Below are positions 22,032-32,638 of a DNA stretch of 64,000 nucleotides, one piece after another. The DNA comes from an uncultured Actinomycetota bacterium (lineage in GTDB: Bacteria > Actinomycetota > Actinomycetes > Mycobacteriales > Pseudonocardiaceae), in NCBI GenBank assembly GCA_963823755.1, contig CAWGMP010000026.1, positions 12,976-76,975 of the forward strand. The letters run 5' to 3'. The notes beneath the pieces were generated by a model that saw nothing but the letters and a program-made list of their open reading frames with translations, was not told where the DNA came from and ran no database searches. The position numbers and the translations under genes were made by a program. The stretch's first letter is position 1, and the number at the start of each line of letters is the position of its first letter.

Positions 22032-23237
22032 TTAGCGACTCGAGGACCTGCCGGCCTTGCCGGACGGCCTGCTGTTCTTGCCTGCAGGGTGCCCGCGCCG
22101 TCGGCCTGCTGGTGCTGCTCTGCCGGCCTTGCTGGATACGTTGGCGACCGCCGGCGCGTCCTCTGGGGTCGTGGTGCCGCGAGCCGTCGAAAGGGGCTCG
22201 CCCTGGCGCTCAGAGTTCGCCGTGGACTTGCGAGCCAGCTTCTCGCGACGCTGGGCGACCCGCTCAGCCTGCTGCTGGTAGGCCGGCCTGCGCATGGTGA
22301 GATCGACCATCAAGGGTGTCGCCAGGAAGATCGAGGACACCGCCCCGGCCACGATGCCGACCATCTGCACCAACGCGAGATCCTTGAGTGTCCCGACACC
22401 CAGCAGACCCACCCCGATCACCAGCAGACCGAGCACAGGCAGCACTGCGATCAAGGAGGTGTTGATCGAACGCATCAGAGTCTGGTTGACAGCGAGATTG
22501 GCGGCCTCGGCATAGGTTCGTCTGGTCAGACCGAGCAGTCCTCGGGTGTTCTCCTGGACCTTGTCGAAGACGACAACGGTGTCGTACAACGAGAATCCGA
22601 GGATGGTGAGCAGGCCGATAACCGACGCCGGCGTCACCTCGAACCCGATCAGCGAGTAGATCCCCGCGGTCACCAGCACATCGTGCACCAGCGCTATCAA
22701 CGCTGCCAGCGCCATCCGAGGCTCGAAATATGCCGCAAGAAAAACACTCACCAGGCCAAGGAAAACCAGCAGGGCGATCAGTGCCTGCCGGCTGATCTCG
22801 CCACCCCATGTGGCACTCACCGCGCTGTCGCTGATCGCCTGTTCGCTGGGTCGCCCGTCTGTGCCGAGCGGGCGCAGCTGCTCGTACAACGCCTTCTTCA
22901 AGACAAACGATTTCCTGGTGTCCAGCGTCACGGAGCGGATCAGGATGCTTGCCGCAGAACCGGTGCCTACAGTCTGCACCGACTCCGGCGGCTGACCCAC
23001 CGTGTTACTGAAGACGCGTTCGGCCTGCTGGGTGGTGATCGGTCCGCCTGCTCCTCGGGAGGGGAGCTGCACCCGAGTGCCACCCTCGAAGTCGATGCCG
23101 AGATTGAATCCGCGGAGCAGGATCGACGCGAGACAGACCACGACGAGCAGGCCCGACATCCCGTACCAGATTCGCCGACGCCCGACGATGTCGAATGCAC
23201 CGGTACCGCTGTAGAGGCGCCGCAGCGTGCTTGCCAT
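22032..23237 (-). CDS. secF: protein translocase subunit SecF
   Basis: ATG at 23237 (MASTLRRLYSGTGAFDIVG) lies 1 nt after the secD stop. The protein has a six-TM SecF core and a basic C-terminal tail. Confidence 0.9.
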   Translation of the reverse strand: MASTLRRLYSGTGAFDIVGRRRIWYGMSGLLVVVCLASILLRGFNLGIDFEGGTRVQLPSRGAGGPITTQQAERVFSNTVGQPPESVQTVGTGSAASILIRSVTLDTRKSFVLKKALYEQLRPLGTDGRPSEQAISDSAVSATWGGEISRQALIALLVFLGLVSVFLAAYFEPRMALAALIALVHDVLVTAGIYSLIGFEVTPASVIGLLTILGFSLYDTVVVFDKVQENTRGLLGLTRRTYAEAANLAVNQTLMRSINTSLIAVLPVLGLLVIGVGLLGVGTLKDLALVQMVGIVAGAVSSIFLATPLMVDLTMRRPAYQQQAERVAQRREKLARKSTANSERQGEPLSTARGTTTPEDAPAVANVSSKAGRAAPAGRRRGHPAGKNSRPSGKAGRSSSR

Positions 23238-23238
23238 C

Positions 23239-25017
23239 TCAGGACCCCTTCCCCGCGGTCGCCAGCCCTGATCGGCTTGCGGCGCCGGCCCGCTGCGCGG
23301 CGCCGAGACCAGATAATCCCGGTTTCGACAGCAGCGGGGAATGCGATGCCATCGCCACCAGTGGGTGCGTGGCCAGGAAGACCACCACGAGATCCAGCAC
23401 CGTCGACATGCCGAGGGTGAACGCAAAGCCCCGTACCTGGCCTACTGCGAGAACGTAGAGCACCGCCGCGGCCAGAAAGCTCACCGCGTCGGCCAACAAA
23501 ATGGTGCGGCGAGCTCGGATCCAGGCCCGGGGGACCGCGGAGCGGAAAGTGCGGCCGTCCCGGATCTCGTCCTTGAGGCGCTCGAAGAAGATCACGAAAG
23601 AGTCCGCAGTGATGCCGATCGCGACGATGAATCCGGCGACACCGGCCAAGTCCAGGGTGAACCCGATCCAGCGCCCGAGCAGCACCAGGACGGCGTAGAC
23701 GACCAGACCGGACAGCGCCAAAGACAAGATCGTCAGCACGCCGAGGGCCCGATAGTAGAACAGGCAGTACACGAACACCACCGCCAGCCCGAGCGCCCCG
23801 GCAAGCAGTCCGGCGCGTAATGAGGCCAGACCCAGGGTGGCCGAAACCGTCTCAGACTCCGAGGATTGGAACGACAGCGGAAGCGAACCGTACTTGAGCA
23901 CATTGGCGAGGTTCTGGGCCTCGGCCTGGGCGAAGTTGCCCGTGATGCTGGTCTGCTGGCCGGGCAGAATCGCCGCTCTGATCTGCGGAGCCGACACAAC
24001 CTCGCTGTCCAGCACGAATGCGGCCTGCTTGCCGATGTTGTTCGCGGTGTACTGGGCCCAGATGTCCTCGCCCTGGCGTTTGAACCTCAGCTGCACCTCA
24101 TACCCCGTGCCGTCGCTGCTGATGCCCGCTGAGGCGCTGGAGATCTGCTCTCCGGACAGGAACGCAGGCCCCAGCACGTACTTCGCAGTGTGATGTTGAT
24201 CGCAGGTGATCAGTGGCAGGTTCGGGTCGTCGTTGCCGCGCAAGGGATTGGGGGCCGCGCAGTTCAATGCGGCCAGCGCCTGCTGCTGCACCGCCGGGTC
24301 CTGGCTCTGCAGCCGCGCCCGAGCTTGCCGGATCTGTTCTGCGACCTGCGGGTCGGCCGAATCCGCCGGCGCGTTGCCGACCGACGGTGGCTGAGCAGGA
24401 GGAGGCGTCGGCGGTGGGGACGGCTGGCCCGACGGCGGCGGTTGGACCTGCTGCGGCAAGACCGGTGCCGGTGCACCCCCGGAGGGTGCCGGTGCACCCC
24501 CCGAAGCAGGAGGTTGTTGGGAGGATGGGGGTGCAGCTGGGCCGCCGGCGCCCGGCCGCTGACCGCCTGGAACCGGCGCAGGGGCCGTGACCGGCTCCTC
24601 GGATATCACCGTCCGGAAGTACAGCTTCGCGGTCTGTCCGAGGGTGCGGGCCTGCTCGCCGTTCTCGCCCGGGACAGTGATGATCAAGTTGGTGCCGTCG
24701 AGGACGACCTCTGCCCCGCTGACCCCGATACCGTTGACCCGTTGCTCGATGATCTGCCGAGCCTGGTCGAGGGACTCCCTGGATGGTGGCCGGCCGTCAA
24801 CGGTCCGGGCGGTCAATGTCACCCGGGTGCCGCCTTGCAGGTCGATGCCCAGCTTCGGGGTGGGATTCCCGCCACCGGTGAGAAATACCAACGAATACAG
24901 GACGAGGACGATCCCAGCGAAGATCGCCAGGTTACGCCAGGGGCGGAAGCGCCCGGCCGGTGGTGCCACGGTGGGTGGTTCTCCTCGTTCACGGCTCACT
25001 ACGCCGGGCGCCAGCAC
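23239..25017 (-). CDS. secD: protein translocase subunit SecD (with Pro/Gln-rich insertion in the periplasmic domain)
   Basis: 592 aa with SecD motifs (LGIDLQGGTRVTL, GFTLDLAGVAGFIVAIGITADSFVIFFERLKDE). An alternative GTG start at 24969 is possible. Confidence 0.9.
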   Translation of the reverse strand: MLAPGVVSRERGEPPTVAPPAGRFRPWRNLAIFAGIVLVLYSLVFLTGGGNPTPKLGIDLQGGTRVTLTARTVDGRPPSRESLDQARQIIEQRVNGIGVSGAEVVLDGTNLIITVPGENGEQARTLGQTAKLYFRTVISEEPVTAPAPVPGGQRPGAGGPAAPPSSQQPPASGGAPAPSGGAPAPVLPQQVQPPPSGQPSPPPTPPPAQPPSVGNAPADSADPQVAEQIRQARARLQSQDPAVQQQALAALNCAAPNPLRGNDDPNLPLITCDQHHTAKYVLGPAFLSGEQISSASAGISSDGTGYEVQLRFKRQGEDIWAQYTANNIGKQAAFVLDSEVVSAPQIRAAILPGQQTSITGNFAQAEAQNLANVLKYGSLPLSFQSSESETVSATLGLASLRAGLLAGALGLAVVFVYCLFYYRALGVLTILSLALSGLVVYAVLVLLGRWIGFTLDLAGVAGFIVAIGITADSFVIFFERLKDEIRDGRTFRSAVPRAWIRARRTILLADAVSFLAAAVLYVLAVGQVRGFAFTLGMSTVLDLVVVFLATHPLVAMASHSPLLSKPGLSGLGAAQRAGAASRSGLATAGKGS

Positions 25018-25114
25018 CGGCGACCGTCGGCAGTCTCCACTGTGCCAGCGTCACGATCGACGCCCGCGATGGGGATCGGCTGCGGGAGCGTACCGCCCCG
25101 CACCTGAAGTTCGG

Positions 25115-25453
25115 TCAGGCGTTGTCGGCGCGGGCGCTGCCGTCGATGGGGGCTGCTAGGGGCGAGCCGGCCGCGGTCGGCTCGCCATTATCTTCAGTGA
25201 TCTTTTCTCGGATCGCAGCGCGCAACCACGTCGTACACACTCCCGGAGCGATCTCAAGATCGATTGTCGTCTCGTCCGCGCTGTTGACGACGGTTCCGTG
25301 CAGGCCGGAGGTGGTCACCACACGGTCGCCGTCGGTCAGCGAGTTCTGCAGCCGCTGCGCGTCAGCCATCGCTCGCTTCTGCCTGCGGGAGTTGAGGATC
25401 AATGGCAGCACAAGTACAGCGATGAACAGCAGCGGCAGGAACAGGGGGTCCAT
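25115..25453 (-). CDS. yajC: preprotein translocase subunit YajC
   Basis: ATG at 25453 (MDPLFLPLLFIAVLVL...). Has a single TM helix and the conserved GDRVVTTSGLHGTV motif. Confidence 0.85.
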   Translation of the reverse strand: MDPLFLPLLFIAVLVLPLILNSRRQKRAMADAQRLQNSLTDGDRVVTTSGLHGTVVNSADETTIDLEIAPGVCTTWLRAAIREKITEDNGEPTAAGSPLAAPIDGSARADNA

Positions 25454-25955
25454 GGTTCTCCGATCACCATCAGCGCTCCTGCCCTGAGTGTGCCAGGTCT
25501 GGCTGCGGGAGGTCTTCCAGCGTTGAGAATCCCGGTGGCGAGGCAGTGCGGGTTGCCCCCGTCGACCGGCTCCTGAAACGCGGCATCGTCCGAACGGGCC
25601 AGCAGCTGCCGCCGATCGGACCAACAGCGAGTCCTTCGTCGCCCGAAGGGGACCTGTGGGCGCTGCGGTGAAACCGGATCTCTCAGGTTTCGAAGAGATC
25701 GAGGTCGATTCTCTAGGGTTCCGCCAGCAGTCCCTCCAGGGAATTGCCGAGTGGATTGCCGCCCAGCCGCTGTCTCAGGCCGCCGATGAGTCCCAGGCCG
25801 CCGTGAAAGGACGGACGCGTTGCCGTCGCACCGATACTCCAGGCCTCGCTACAGACCTAGCGCACACGCCCTGGACACCCATTCCTCGAGCTTCCCGCAC
25901 GGGGGGTGCCCGGACCCTGGTCTCCGTTGGTGGCGCCACAACCGGCGTGACGTTC

Positions 25956-26519
25956 ATGCCCGCCGGAACACCGACGGCATCGACGGCCCGGCCCGGCCCA
26001 CCGATGCAGCGAGGCGCCGGCTTCGCTGACACCGTGCTGGGTCACATCGAAGTGGACGAGCAGGCCTTTGTCCTCCGATATGTTCAGCCGGGCCTGGTCG
26101 GGCTCATCGACGGAACGCTGTCGACACTCGCTCCTATTTTCGCCGTGGCGTTGCTGTCGAGCACGCACGCCGCGCTGCTGGTCGGATTGGCCACCGCGCT
26201 GGGAGCCGGCATCAGCATGGGGCTGTCCGAAGCGCTCTCTGATGACGGCGGCCAGACAGGTCGGGGCTCGGCCCTCACCCGAGGCTCCATCACCGGAGTG
26301 ATGACCACCGTGGGTGGTGTCTTTCACGCCTTACCGTTCTTCATCTCCAACCAGGCGGCCGCACTGGTCTGTGCTGCCATCGTAGTCGCCATCGAGCTCG
26401 CTGTGATCGCTGTCATCCGTAAGCGCTACCTGGAGGTCTCACTTCGTTCGTCCCTCATCCAGGTCGTTTTCGGGGGAGTTCTCATCGTCGGCGTCGGACT
26501 GTGGCTGGGAGGCCTCTGA
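25956..26519 (+). CDS. VIT1/CCC1 family (vacuolar iron transporter-like) membrane protein
   Basis: The C-terminal 180 aa show the VIT-family pattern (GLIDGTLSTLAPIFAV, GISMGLSEALSDDG, and TM helices to the end). The start is uncertain; the ORF opens at 25656 and the first plausible ATG is at 25956. Confidence 0.55.
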   Translation: MPAGTPTASTARPGPPMQRGAGFADTVLGHIEVDEQAFVLRYVQPGLVGLIDGTLSTLAPIFAVALLSSTHAALLVGLATALGAGISMGLSEALSDDGGQTGRGSALTRGSITGVMTTVGGVFHALPFFISNQAAALVCAAIVVAIELAVIAVIRKRYLEVSLRSSLIQVVFGGVLIVGVGLWLGGL

Positions 26520-26540
26520 GGTGTGGCCCGAAAGCCTGCC

Positions 26541-27581
26541 TCACGCGTCGAACAGCGTCGGTGTGGGATCTGCGAGGGCATCAGCAGGCGGCTCAAGCTG
26601 TAGGTGTCGCCATGCGGCTGCGGTAGCCACTCGCCCGCGCGGGGTGCGGGCAAGCATCCCGGCGCGAACCAGGAAAGGCTCGCACACCTCCTCGACGGTA
26701 GCCGGCTCCTCGCCGACTGCCACCGCGATGGTGGACACCCCGACCGGTCCACCGCCGAAGGTGCGCACCAGCGCGGTGAGTACGGCGCGGTCCAGCCGGT
26801 CCAACCCGAGCTGGTCGACGTCATAGACGGCCAGTCCCGCGCGAGCCACCTCAAGGGTGATCGCGCCATCGGCCCGGACCTCGGCATAGTCACGGACCCG
26901 GCGCAACAGCCGGTTGGCGATCCGGGGTGTGCCCCGAGAGCGGCCGGCGATCTCGGTGGCGCCATCGGGCCGCAGGTCTACGCCGAGGATGCCAGCCGAG
27001 CGGTGCAACACCAGCTCAAGCTCGTGCGGCTCGTAGAACTCCATGTGCGCGGTGAACCCGAACCGGTCACGCAACGGGCTGGTCAGCGCACCGGACCGGG
27101 TGGTCGCCCCGACCAGCGTGAACGGGGCGATCTCCAGCGGGATCGAGGTGGCTCCAGGCCCTTTGCCGACTACTACGTCGACCCGGAAGTCCTCCATCGC
27201 GAGGTAGAGCATCTCCTCGGCGGGTCGAGCCACCCGGTGGATCTCGTCGATGAACAGCACGTCACCATCGACGAGGTTGGACAGCATCGCGGCGAGGTCT
27301 CCGGCGCGTTCCAACGCCGGTCCGGAGGTCACCCTGATCGCGCTGCCCAGCTCCACGGCAATGATCATCGCGAGGCTCGTCTTGCCCAATCCCGGAGGGC
27401 CGGACAGCAGCACGTGGTCTGGTGCGGTGCCGCGCCGCCGAGCGCCCTCCAGGACCAGTTCCAGTTGCTCGCGCACCCTGGCCTGCCCGATGAACTCAGG
27501 CAGCCGACGTGGCCGCAGGGTGGTCTCCAGCTCCACGTCCGCCGGGTCCACCACAGCCGAGACCGGTCGCTGGGTGGTCAC
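26541..27581 (-). CDS. ruvB: Holliday junction branch migration helicase RuvB
   Basis: 346 aa with Walker [12 protein letters not shown] and Walker B LFIDEIHR, plus GATTRSG. Confidence 0.97.
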   Translation of the reverse strand: MTTQRPVSAVVDPADVELETTLRPRRLPEFIGQARVREQLELVLEGARRRGTAPDHVLLSGPPGLGKTSLAMIIAVELGSAIRVTSGPALERAGDLAAMLSNLVDGDVLFIDEIHRVARPAEEMLYLAMEDFRVDVVVGKGPGATSIPLEIAPFTLVGATTRSGALTSPLRDRFGFTAHMEFYEPHELELVLHRSAGILGVDLRPDGATEIAGRSRGTPRIANRLLRRVRDYAEVRADGAITLEVARAGLAVYDVDQLGLDRLDRAVLTALVRTFGGGPVGVSTIAVAVGEEPATVEEVCEPFLVRAGMLARTPRGRVATAAAWRHLQLEPPADALADPTPTLFDA

Positions 27582-28189
27582 CGGTTGCGTCCCAGCCGAG
27601 TCAGTGCACTGCGCAACACTTCTGAGGTGTCCGCGGCAGGCGCTGCCTCGGGATCGACTTCGGCAAGCACTGCGTCCACGGCTTGCTCGGCCTGCCGGGC
27701 CGCGAACCCGAGCCCGATGAGTGCCTCGGTCACCTGCATCCGCACCGGGCTCCCACTGCGGCCAACCGGGCCTGAGGCGGTGGGCGCGAGCCCCCCGACC
27801 TTGTCTCGCAGCTCCACGACCAGCCGCTCCGCGCCCTTGCGTCCGATTCCGGGCACTCGGGTGAGCACGCTGAGGTCGCCCTCGGCGAGCGCGGCACGCA
27901 GCGTGTCCGGCTCGAGCACGGCGAGCGTCGCCAGAGCGAGCCGGGGTCCCACCCCGGAGACGGTCTGCAGCAGGACGAACAACTCCCGGGCCGCGGCGTC
28001 GGCGAAGCCGTACAACGTCAGCGAGTCCTCGCGTACCACCAGCGTCGTGGCGAGCCGGGCCTGGTCACCGCGCCGCAAGGTGGCCAGGGTGGCGGGAACG
28101 GCGTGCACCGCCAGCCCGACCCCGCCAACCTCGACCACGGCATGGTCCAACTCGACGGAGAGCACCTGCCCGCGCACCGAGGCGATCAT
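27578..28189 (-). CDS. ruvA: Holliday junction DNA-binding protein RuvA
   Basis: ATG at 28189 ([12 protein letters not shown]). HhH motifs GVGPRLA and [11 protein letters not shown]. The stop overlaps the ruvB start. Confidence 0.93.
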   Translation of the reverse strand: MIASVRGQVLSVELDHAVVEVGGVGLAVHAVPATLATLRRGDQARLATTLVVREDSLTLYGFADAAARELFVLLQTVSGVGPRLALATLAVLEPDTLRAALAEGDLSVLTRVPGIGRKGAERLVVELRDKVGGLAPTASGPVGRSGSPVRMQVTEALIGLGFAARQAEQAVDAVLAEVDPEAAPAADTSEVLRSALTRLGRNR

Positions 28190-28761
28190 CGCGCCGCTCC
28201 CGCCTGGCGGGCCGCGGCGGCGAGCTTCGCCCGGTGGGCTTGCGCCAGCCGCGCCGACTGGGCCCGCGCCTGCGCGAGCCGTTGTGTCATCGGGGCCCGC
28301 CACAGGTGGCAGACCGCCAGCGCCAGCGCGTCCGCGGCGTCCGCCGGCCGCGGCTTGGCCGGCAGCGCGAGCAGTCGGGTGATCATGATGGTGACCTGTT
28401 CCTTCCCGGCCCGGCCCGAACCGGTGACGGCAGCTTTGACCTCACTCGGAGTGTGAAAAGCGACTGTCAACCCCCGCCGAGCCGCGATCAACGCCACGAC
28501 TCCACCGACCTGCGCGGTGCCCATCGCCGTACGGACGTTGTGCTGGCTGAACACCCGCTCCACCGCGACGACATCGGGACGATGCTCGGCCACCCAACGC
28601 TCGACGACATCAGCAACTGCGATCAGGCGCGCGCCGAGATCCGCCTCGGGAGAGGTACGCACGACGTCGACGGCCACGCAGCTCACCGTCCGTCCTGGAC
28701 CCCCGTCGACCACGCCGAGTCCGCAGCGGGTGAGCCCGGGATCCACCCCCAGCACCCGCAC
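28186..28761 (-). CDS. ruvC: crossover junction endodeoxyribonuclease RuvC
   Basis: GTG at 28761 ([20 protein letters not shown]). About 191 aa. The stop overlaps the ruvA start. Confidence 0.92.
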   Translation of the reverse strand: MRVLGVDPGLTRCGLGVVDGGPGRTVSCVAVDVVRTSPEADLGARLIAVADVVERWVAEHRPDVVAVERVFSQHNVRTAMGTAQVGGVVALIAARRGLTVAFHTPSEVKAAVTGSGRAGKEQVTIMITRLLALPAKPRPADAADALALAVCHLWRAPMTQRLAQARAQSARLAQAHRAKLAAAARQAGAAR

Positions 28762-28859
28762 GAGCACCTCCCAGCGATGGACGAACACCCGTTCGAATTC
28801 TAGCCACCGCCGACGGTGTCCCCCGCCACGACACACCCCGCCAACCCGATTGAGGACGA

Positions 28860-29612
28860 TCAGCCGACTTCGACCAGCACGTCGTCGGGGACGTCGAAGT
28901 TGGCGAAGACGTTCTGCACGTCGTCGCAGTCCTCTAGCGCGTCGATCAGCTTGAACACCTTGCGGGCGGTGTCGGCATCCAGCGGGGTGCTCGCTGAGGG
29001 CAGGAAGCTCGCGTCGGCGGAGTCGTAGTCGATACCGGCTTGTTGCAGCGCGGTGCGCACCGCGATGAGGTCGGTCGGCTCGGAGACCACCTCGAAGGAT
29101 TCGCCCATGTCGTTGACCTCCTCAGCGCCGGCGTCGAGCACTGCGGTCAGCACGTCGTCCTCCGAGATGCCCTTCTGGTGGGGCACGATCACCAGGCCCT
29201 TGCGGCTGAACAGGAATGACACCGACCCCGGATCGGCCATCGTGCCACCGTTGCGGCTCATCGCGGTGCGGACCTCCGAGGCCGCCCGGTTGCGGTTGTC
29301 GGTGAGGCACTCGACGAGCAGAGCCACCCCGCCGGGCCCGTACCCCTCATACATGATCGTCTGGTACTCGGCTCCGCCGGCATCGGCCCCGGAACCACGC
29401 TTGACCGCCCGTTCGATGTTGTCGGTGGGCACCGAGGTCTTACGGGCCTTCTGGATCGCGTCGTACAATGTCGGGTTGCCGTCCGGGTCACCACCTCCGG
29501 TGCGCGCCGCCACCTCGATGTTTTTGATCAACTTTGCGAAGATCTTGCCGCGCTTGGCGTCGACCACGGCCTTCTTGTGCTTGGTGGTCGCCCATTTCGA
29601 ATGGCCGCTCAT
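28860..29612 (-). CDS. yebC: YebC/PmpR family DNA-binding transcriptional regulator (in frame with upstream pdxT in this sequence)
   Basis: ATG at 29612 ([28 protein letters not shown]) with an AAGAGGAG RBS. 250 aa, canonical YebC throughout. Confidence 0.9.
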   Translation of the reverse strand: MSGHSKWATTKHKKAVVDAKRGKIFAKLIKNIEVAARTGGGDPDGNPTLYDAIQKARKTSVPTDNIERAVKRGSGADAGGAEYQTIMYEGYGPGGVALLVECLTDNRNRAASEVRTAMSRNGGTMADPGSVSFLFSRKGLVIVPHQKGISEDDVLTAVLDAGAEEVNDMGESFEVVSEPTDLIAVRTALQQAGIDYDSADASFLPSASTPLDADTARKVFKLIDALEDCDDVQNVFANFDVPDDVLVEVG

Positions 29613-30257
29613 ACCTGCCCATGCTCCTCTTGCTCGCGTGCACTTCCGGACCATTTCGCAGAAGAGCTGGTGCACCCGCCAGTCGCCGGTCAGCTCCGGA
29701 TGGAACGCGGTGGCCAGGACGCACCCCTGCCGAATCGCCACGATTCTACCGGCGGCGCTGCCGGCAACCGGAAGGTCGGGCACCCTGGCGAGCACTTCGA
29801 CGCCGCAACCGGCCTGTTCCACCCAGGGGGCGCGGATGAACACCGCCCGGACCGGGCCGCCGGGCACACCGGCGAGGTCTAGATCGGCCTCGAAGGAGTC
29901 GACCTGGCGACCGAACGCGTTACGACGCACCACTGCGTCGAGCACCCCCAGTTGCCCCTGCTCGGACCTGCCATCGAGGATCTCCCGGCACAGCAGGATC
30001 AATCCCGCGCACGAGCCGTAGGCCGGCATCCCTTCGGCCAACCGAACCCGCAGTGGTTCCATCAGGTCGAAGCTGACCAGCAGCCGGCTCATCGTGGTGG
30101 ACTCACCCCCAGGCAAGATAAGCGCGTCCACCTCGGCAAGCTCCTCGCTGCGACGTACCAGCATGCTGCGTACCCCGCATCCGGCCAGCGCGCGCCGGTG
30201 CTCCCGCACGTCACCCTGCAGCGCGAGCACCCCTACCAGCGGGGCGTTCTCGGTCAC
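29613..30257 (-). CDS. pdxT: pyridoxal 5'-phosphate synthase glutaminase subunit PdxT (no stop codon before yebC)
   Basis: [13 protein letters not shown], catalytic GSCAG and AFHPELTGD motifs. The ORF 28860..30257 reads straight through into yebC. Confidence 0.85.
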
Positions 30258-30281
30258 AAGGTCCAGACTAGGCCGCTGTTT

Positions 30282-31553
30282 TCATGCCGGTTCATGCCGG
30301 CTTACCCTCTGCGGCGTCGCCTTGTCGCAACCAGTCCCGGGGTCGAGGAACCAGGGGCTGGTGTAAGCGATCGCGTGGTTGTTTGCGGGGTGTTCGGGTG
30401 GGCCTGGCGTGTCGTTGCGACCGTGCGGGTCGGCTAGGCGCAGCACCACCCAGGGGCCGTCCTCGGTGCTCATCGGTACCGTGAAGCGTGCGACGTCACC
30501 GCAGCGCACGTCGGCCATGTCAGCCACTGCGGGTACCGGGGCGTCCGGGCGCAGCACTTGTACCTCCAGCGTGCGTCCGGTCCAGGACGGCCCGCAGTCG
30601 ACGTCGACCACGAACTCAACGGGCCCCTCACCGTGGCGCAACACCGAGCCCATCCGCATCCCACCGGCGGTGGCGTCCACCCGCAGCCCGGCGACCCGGG
30701 TGGCGAAGAACCTCCGGGCCCGCAATGCCTCGGCGACCCCGAGCCGGCTGTGCTCGGTCACCCATAGCCCAGCGCGTCCCGTACCGGGTTGCAAGCCCCA
30801 CTTGGCGCTGTGCTCGTCACTGACTCCGAGCAGCCCGGTTCGCCAGCCGGCATTCAGGCAGTCGACCAAGGGCGAGGTGCCGCCCGCCGCGACGCCCTGG
30901 AACAGGTAGTCGTCGGTGCGGTTGAACATCTCCAAGCTGACCATCTGCTCGGCGGCTGCGGCCGTGTAGCGGAAGCCGGCGAACCGGCCGTCCTCCCGGC
31001 CGGGATGGTTGAAACCGGCTAGCCCCCCAATGGCACGATCACCGTTTTCCCGGCCGGACTGAGTCAACCATGAGTACAGCTCTCCCATCGCCCCGTGTGT
31101 CGCGACGTCGGTGAACTCCTCGGTGAACCACGCGTTGACGTGTCCCCAATGCGGATGCGACCATTCGAAACCGCGGATCGCGGTGAACTCACCCGGCCGG
31201 TCGTGGGCATCGGCGAGCTTCCCGGTGCGCCGCCAGCCGGCCCGGTCCAACCCGATCCACGGCGTACCCCCCGCGCCGGTGCCTTCCACCGCGGCGCCAC
31301 GGACTGCGTGATCGGTCAGTGCCGCGACGTCCAGTCCCGCGGCGCGCATTGAGGGAAACGCCGCTTCCGGGTCGCCGTCACCGTCGGACAGCAGGGTGTG
31401 ATTGTGCAGGTCGGCATGCACCAACACGGTGCCGCGGCTGATCCGGGAGCTTCGAGCAGCCCCACCCTCCGGGCCTGGGGTGCACAGCAGCGCGCCTGCA
31501 GTCGCTGAGACGAGCAGCGCCTCAACGTCGGCCACACCGTCCCCGAGCGTCAC
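30282..31553 (-). CDS. PHP/CehA-McbA-like metallohydrolase domain protein
   Basis: 423 aa with the PHP-type metal motif [15 protein letters not shown] and LTDHA. The GTG start overlaps the pdxS stop (GTGA). Confidence 0.55.
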   Translation of the reverse strand: MTLGDGVADVEALLVSATAGALLCTPGPEGGAARSSRISRGTVLVHADLHNHTLLSDGDGDPEAAFPSMRAAGLDVAALTDHAVRGAAVEGTGAGGTPWIGLDRAGWRRTGKLADAHDRPGEFTAIRGFEWSHPHWGHVNAWFTEEFTDVATHGAMGELYSWLTQSGRENGDRAIGGLAGFNHPGREDGRFAGFRYTAAAAEQMVSLEMFNRTDDYLFQGVAAGGTSPLVDCLNAGWRTGLLGVSDEHSAKWGLQPGTGRAGLWVTEHSRLGVAEALRARRFFATRVAGLRVDATAGGMRMGSVLRHGEGPVEFVVDVDCGPSWTGRTLEVQVLRPDAPVPAVADMADVRCGDVARFTVPMSTEDGPWVVLRLADPHGRNDTPGPPEHPANNHAIAYTSPWFLDPGTGCDKATPQRVSRHEPA

Positions 31554-32458
31554 CAGCCGCGCTGGGCCAGCCGCTGCCCATTGGGTGGATTGTCAAGGTC
31601 GATCCCCACCATCGGTTCGCCCAACCCTCGGGACACCTTGGCGACCATCTCCGGGTCGTCGTGGAACGTGGTCGCCTTGACGATCGCCTCCGCGCGCTTA
31701 GCCGGGTCACCCGACTTGAAGATCCCCGAGCCGACGAACACTCCCTCGGCACCAAGCTGCATCATCATCGCCGCGTCGGCTGGAGTGGCGATACCACCGG
31801 CGGTGAACAGCACCACCGGTAACGAACCGACCGCGGCGACCTCGCGGACCAGCTCCAGCGGGGCGGCCAGTTCCTTGGCCGCCGCGAACAATTCCTCGGG
31901 ATGCACCGTGGTCAGGGAGCGGATGCCGGCCCGAATCGCGCGCATGTGCCGGGTCGCCTCGACCACATTGCCGGTCCCGGCTTCACCTTTGGAGCGGATC
32001 ATGGCGGCACCCTCGGAGATCCGGCGCAACGCCTCCCCCAGGTTCGTAGCCCCACACACGAATGGCACGGTGAAGGCGAACTTGTCGATGTGATGGGTCT
32101 CATCGGCCGGGGTGAGCACCTCAGACTCGTCGACATAGTCGACGCCGATCGCCTGCAGAACCTGCGCCTCGACGAAGTGGCCGATGCGGGCCTTGGCCAT
32201 CACCGGGATGGATACCGCGTCCATGATCCTGGTGATCATGTCCGGATCACTCATCCGGGCCACGCCACCCTGCGCGCGGATATCGGCAGGGACACGCTCC
32301 AACGCCATCACGGCCACCGCGCCGGCGTCCTCGGCGATTCTGGCCTGTTCCGGCGTGACCACATCCATGATCACACCGCCCTTCAGCATCCCGGCCATCC
32401 CGCGTTTGACCCGTGCGGTGCCGATCTGGCGCTCGATATTGCTGTTCTCGGCGGGCAC
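31550..32458 (-). CDS. pdxS: pyridoxal 5'-phosphate synthase lyase subunit PdxS
   Basis: GTG at 32458 is preceded by GAGGAG. Contains [21 protein letters not shown] and the rest of the PdxS TIM barrel. Confidence 0.93.
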   Translation of the reverse strand: MPAENSNIERQIGTARVKRGMAGMLKGGVIMDVVTPEQARIAEDAGAVAVMALERVPADIRAQGGVARMSDPDMITRIMDAVSIPVMAKARIGHFVEAQVLQAIGVDYVDESEVLTPADETHHIDKFAFTVPFVCGATNLGEALRRISEGAAMIRSKGEAGTGNVVEATRHMRAIRAGIRSLTTVHPEELFAAAKELAAPLELVREVAAVGSLPVVLFTAGGIATPADAAMMMQLGAEGVFVGSGIFKSGDPAKRAEAIVKATTFHDDPEMVAKVSRGLGEPMVGIDLDNPPNGQRLAQRGW

Positions 32459-32638
32459 GACGGTTCGCTCCTCAGGGCAGCGGTACAGGGCAAGGCACGG
32501 AAAACGCACCGGATACCGGTACTCGATCCTACGTCGGCTCGCTGACCACGTCGCGAGCGAAGCCTGCCAGGGGGTTGCCTCGACCGCCGCACCGGTGTGA
32601 GATCAACCACACGATCCGCACGGCTGAGGGTGGGGTTC

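Noticed and set aside
24380-24600. Repetitive GC-rich nucleotide motifs (for example GGTGCCGGTGCACCCCC twice) that could suggest a repeat array.
   Set aside because: They lie inside secD and encode its Pro/Ala/Gly/Gln-rich periplasmic insertion. They have no spacer-repeat periodicity and are not CRISPR-like. No CRISPR array is visible anywhere in the window.
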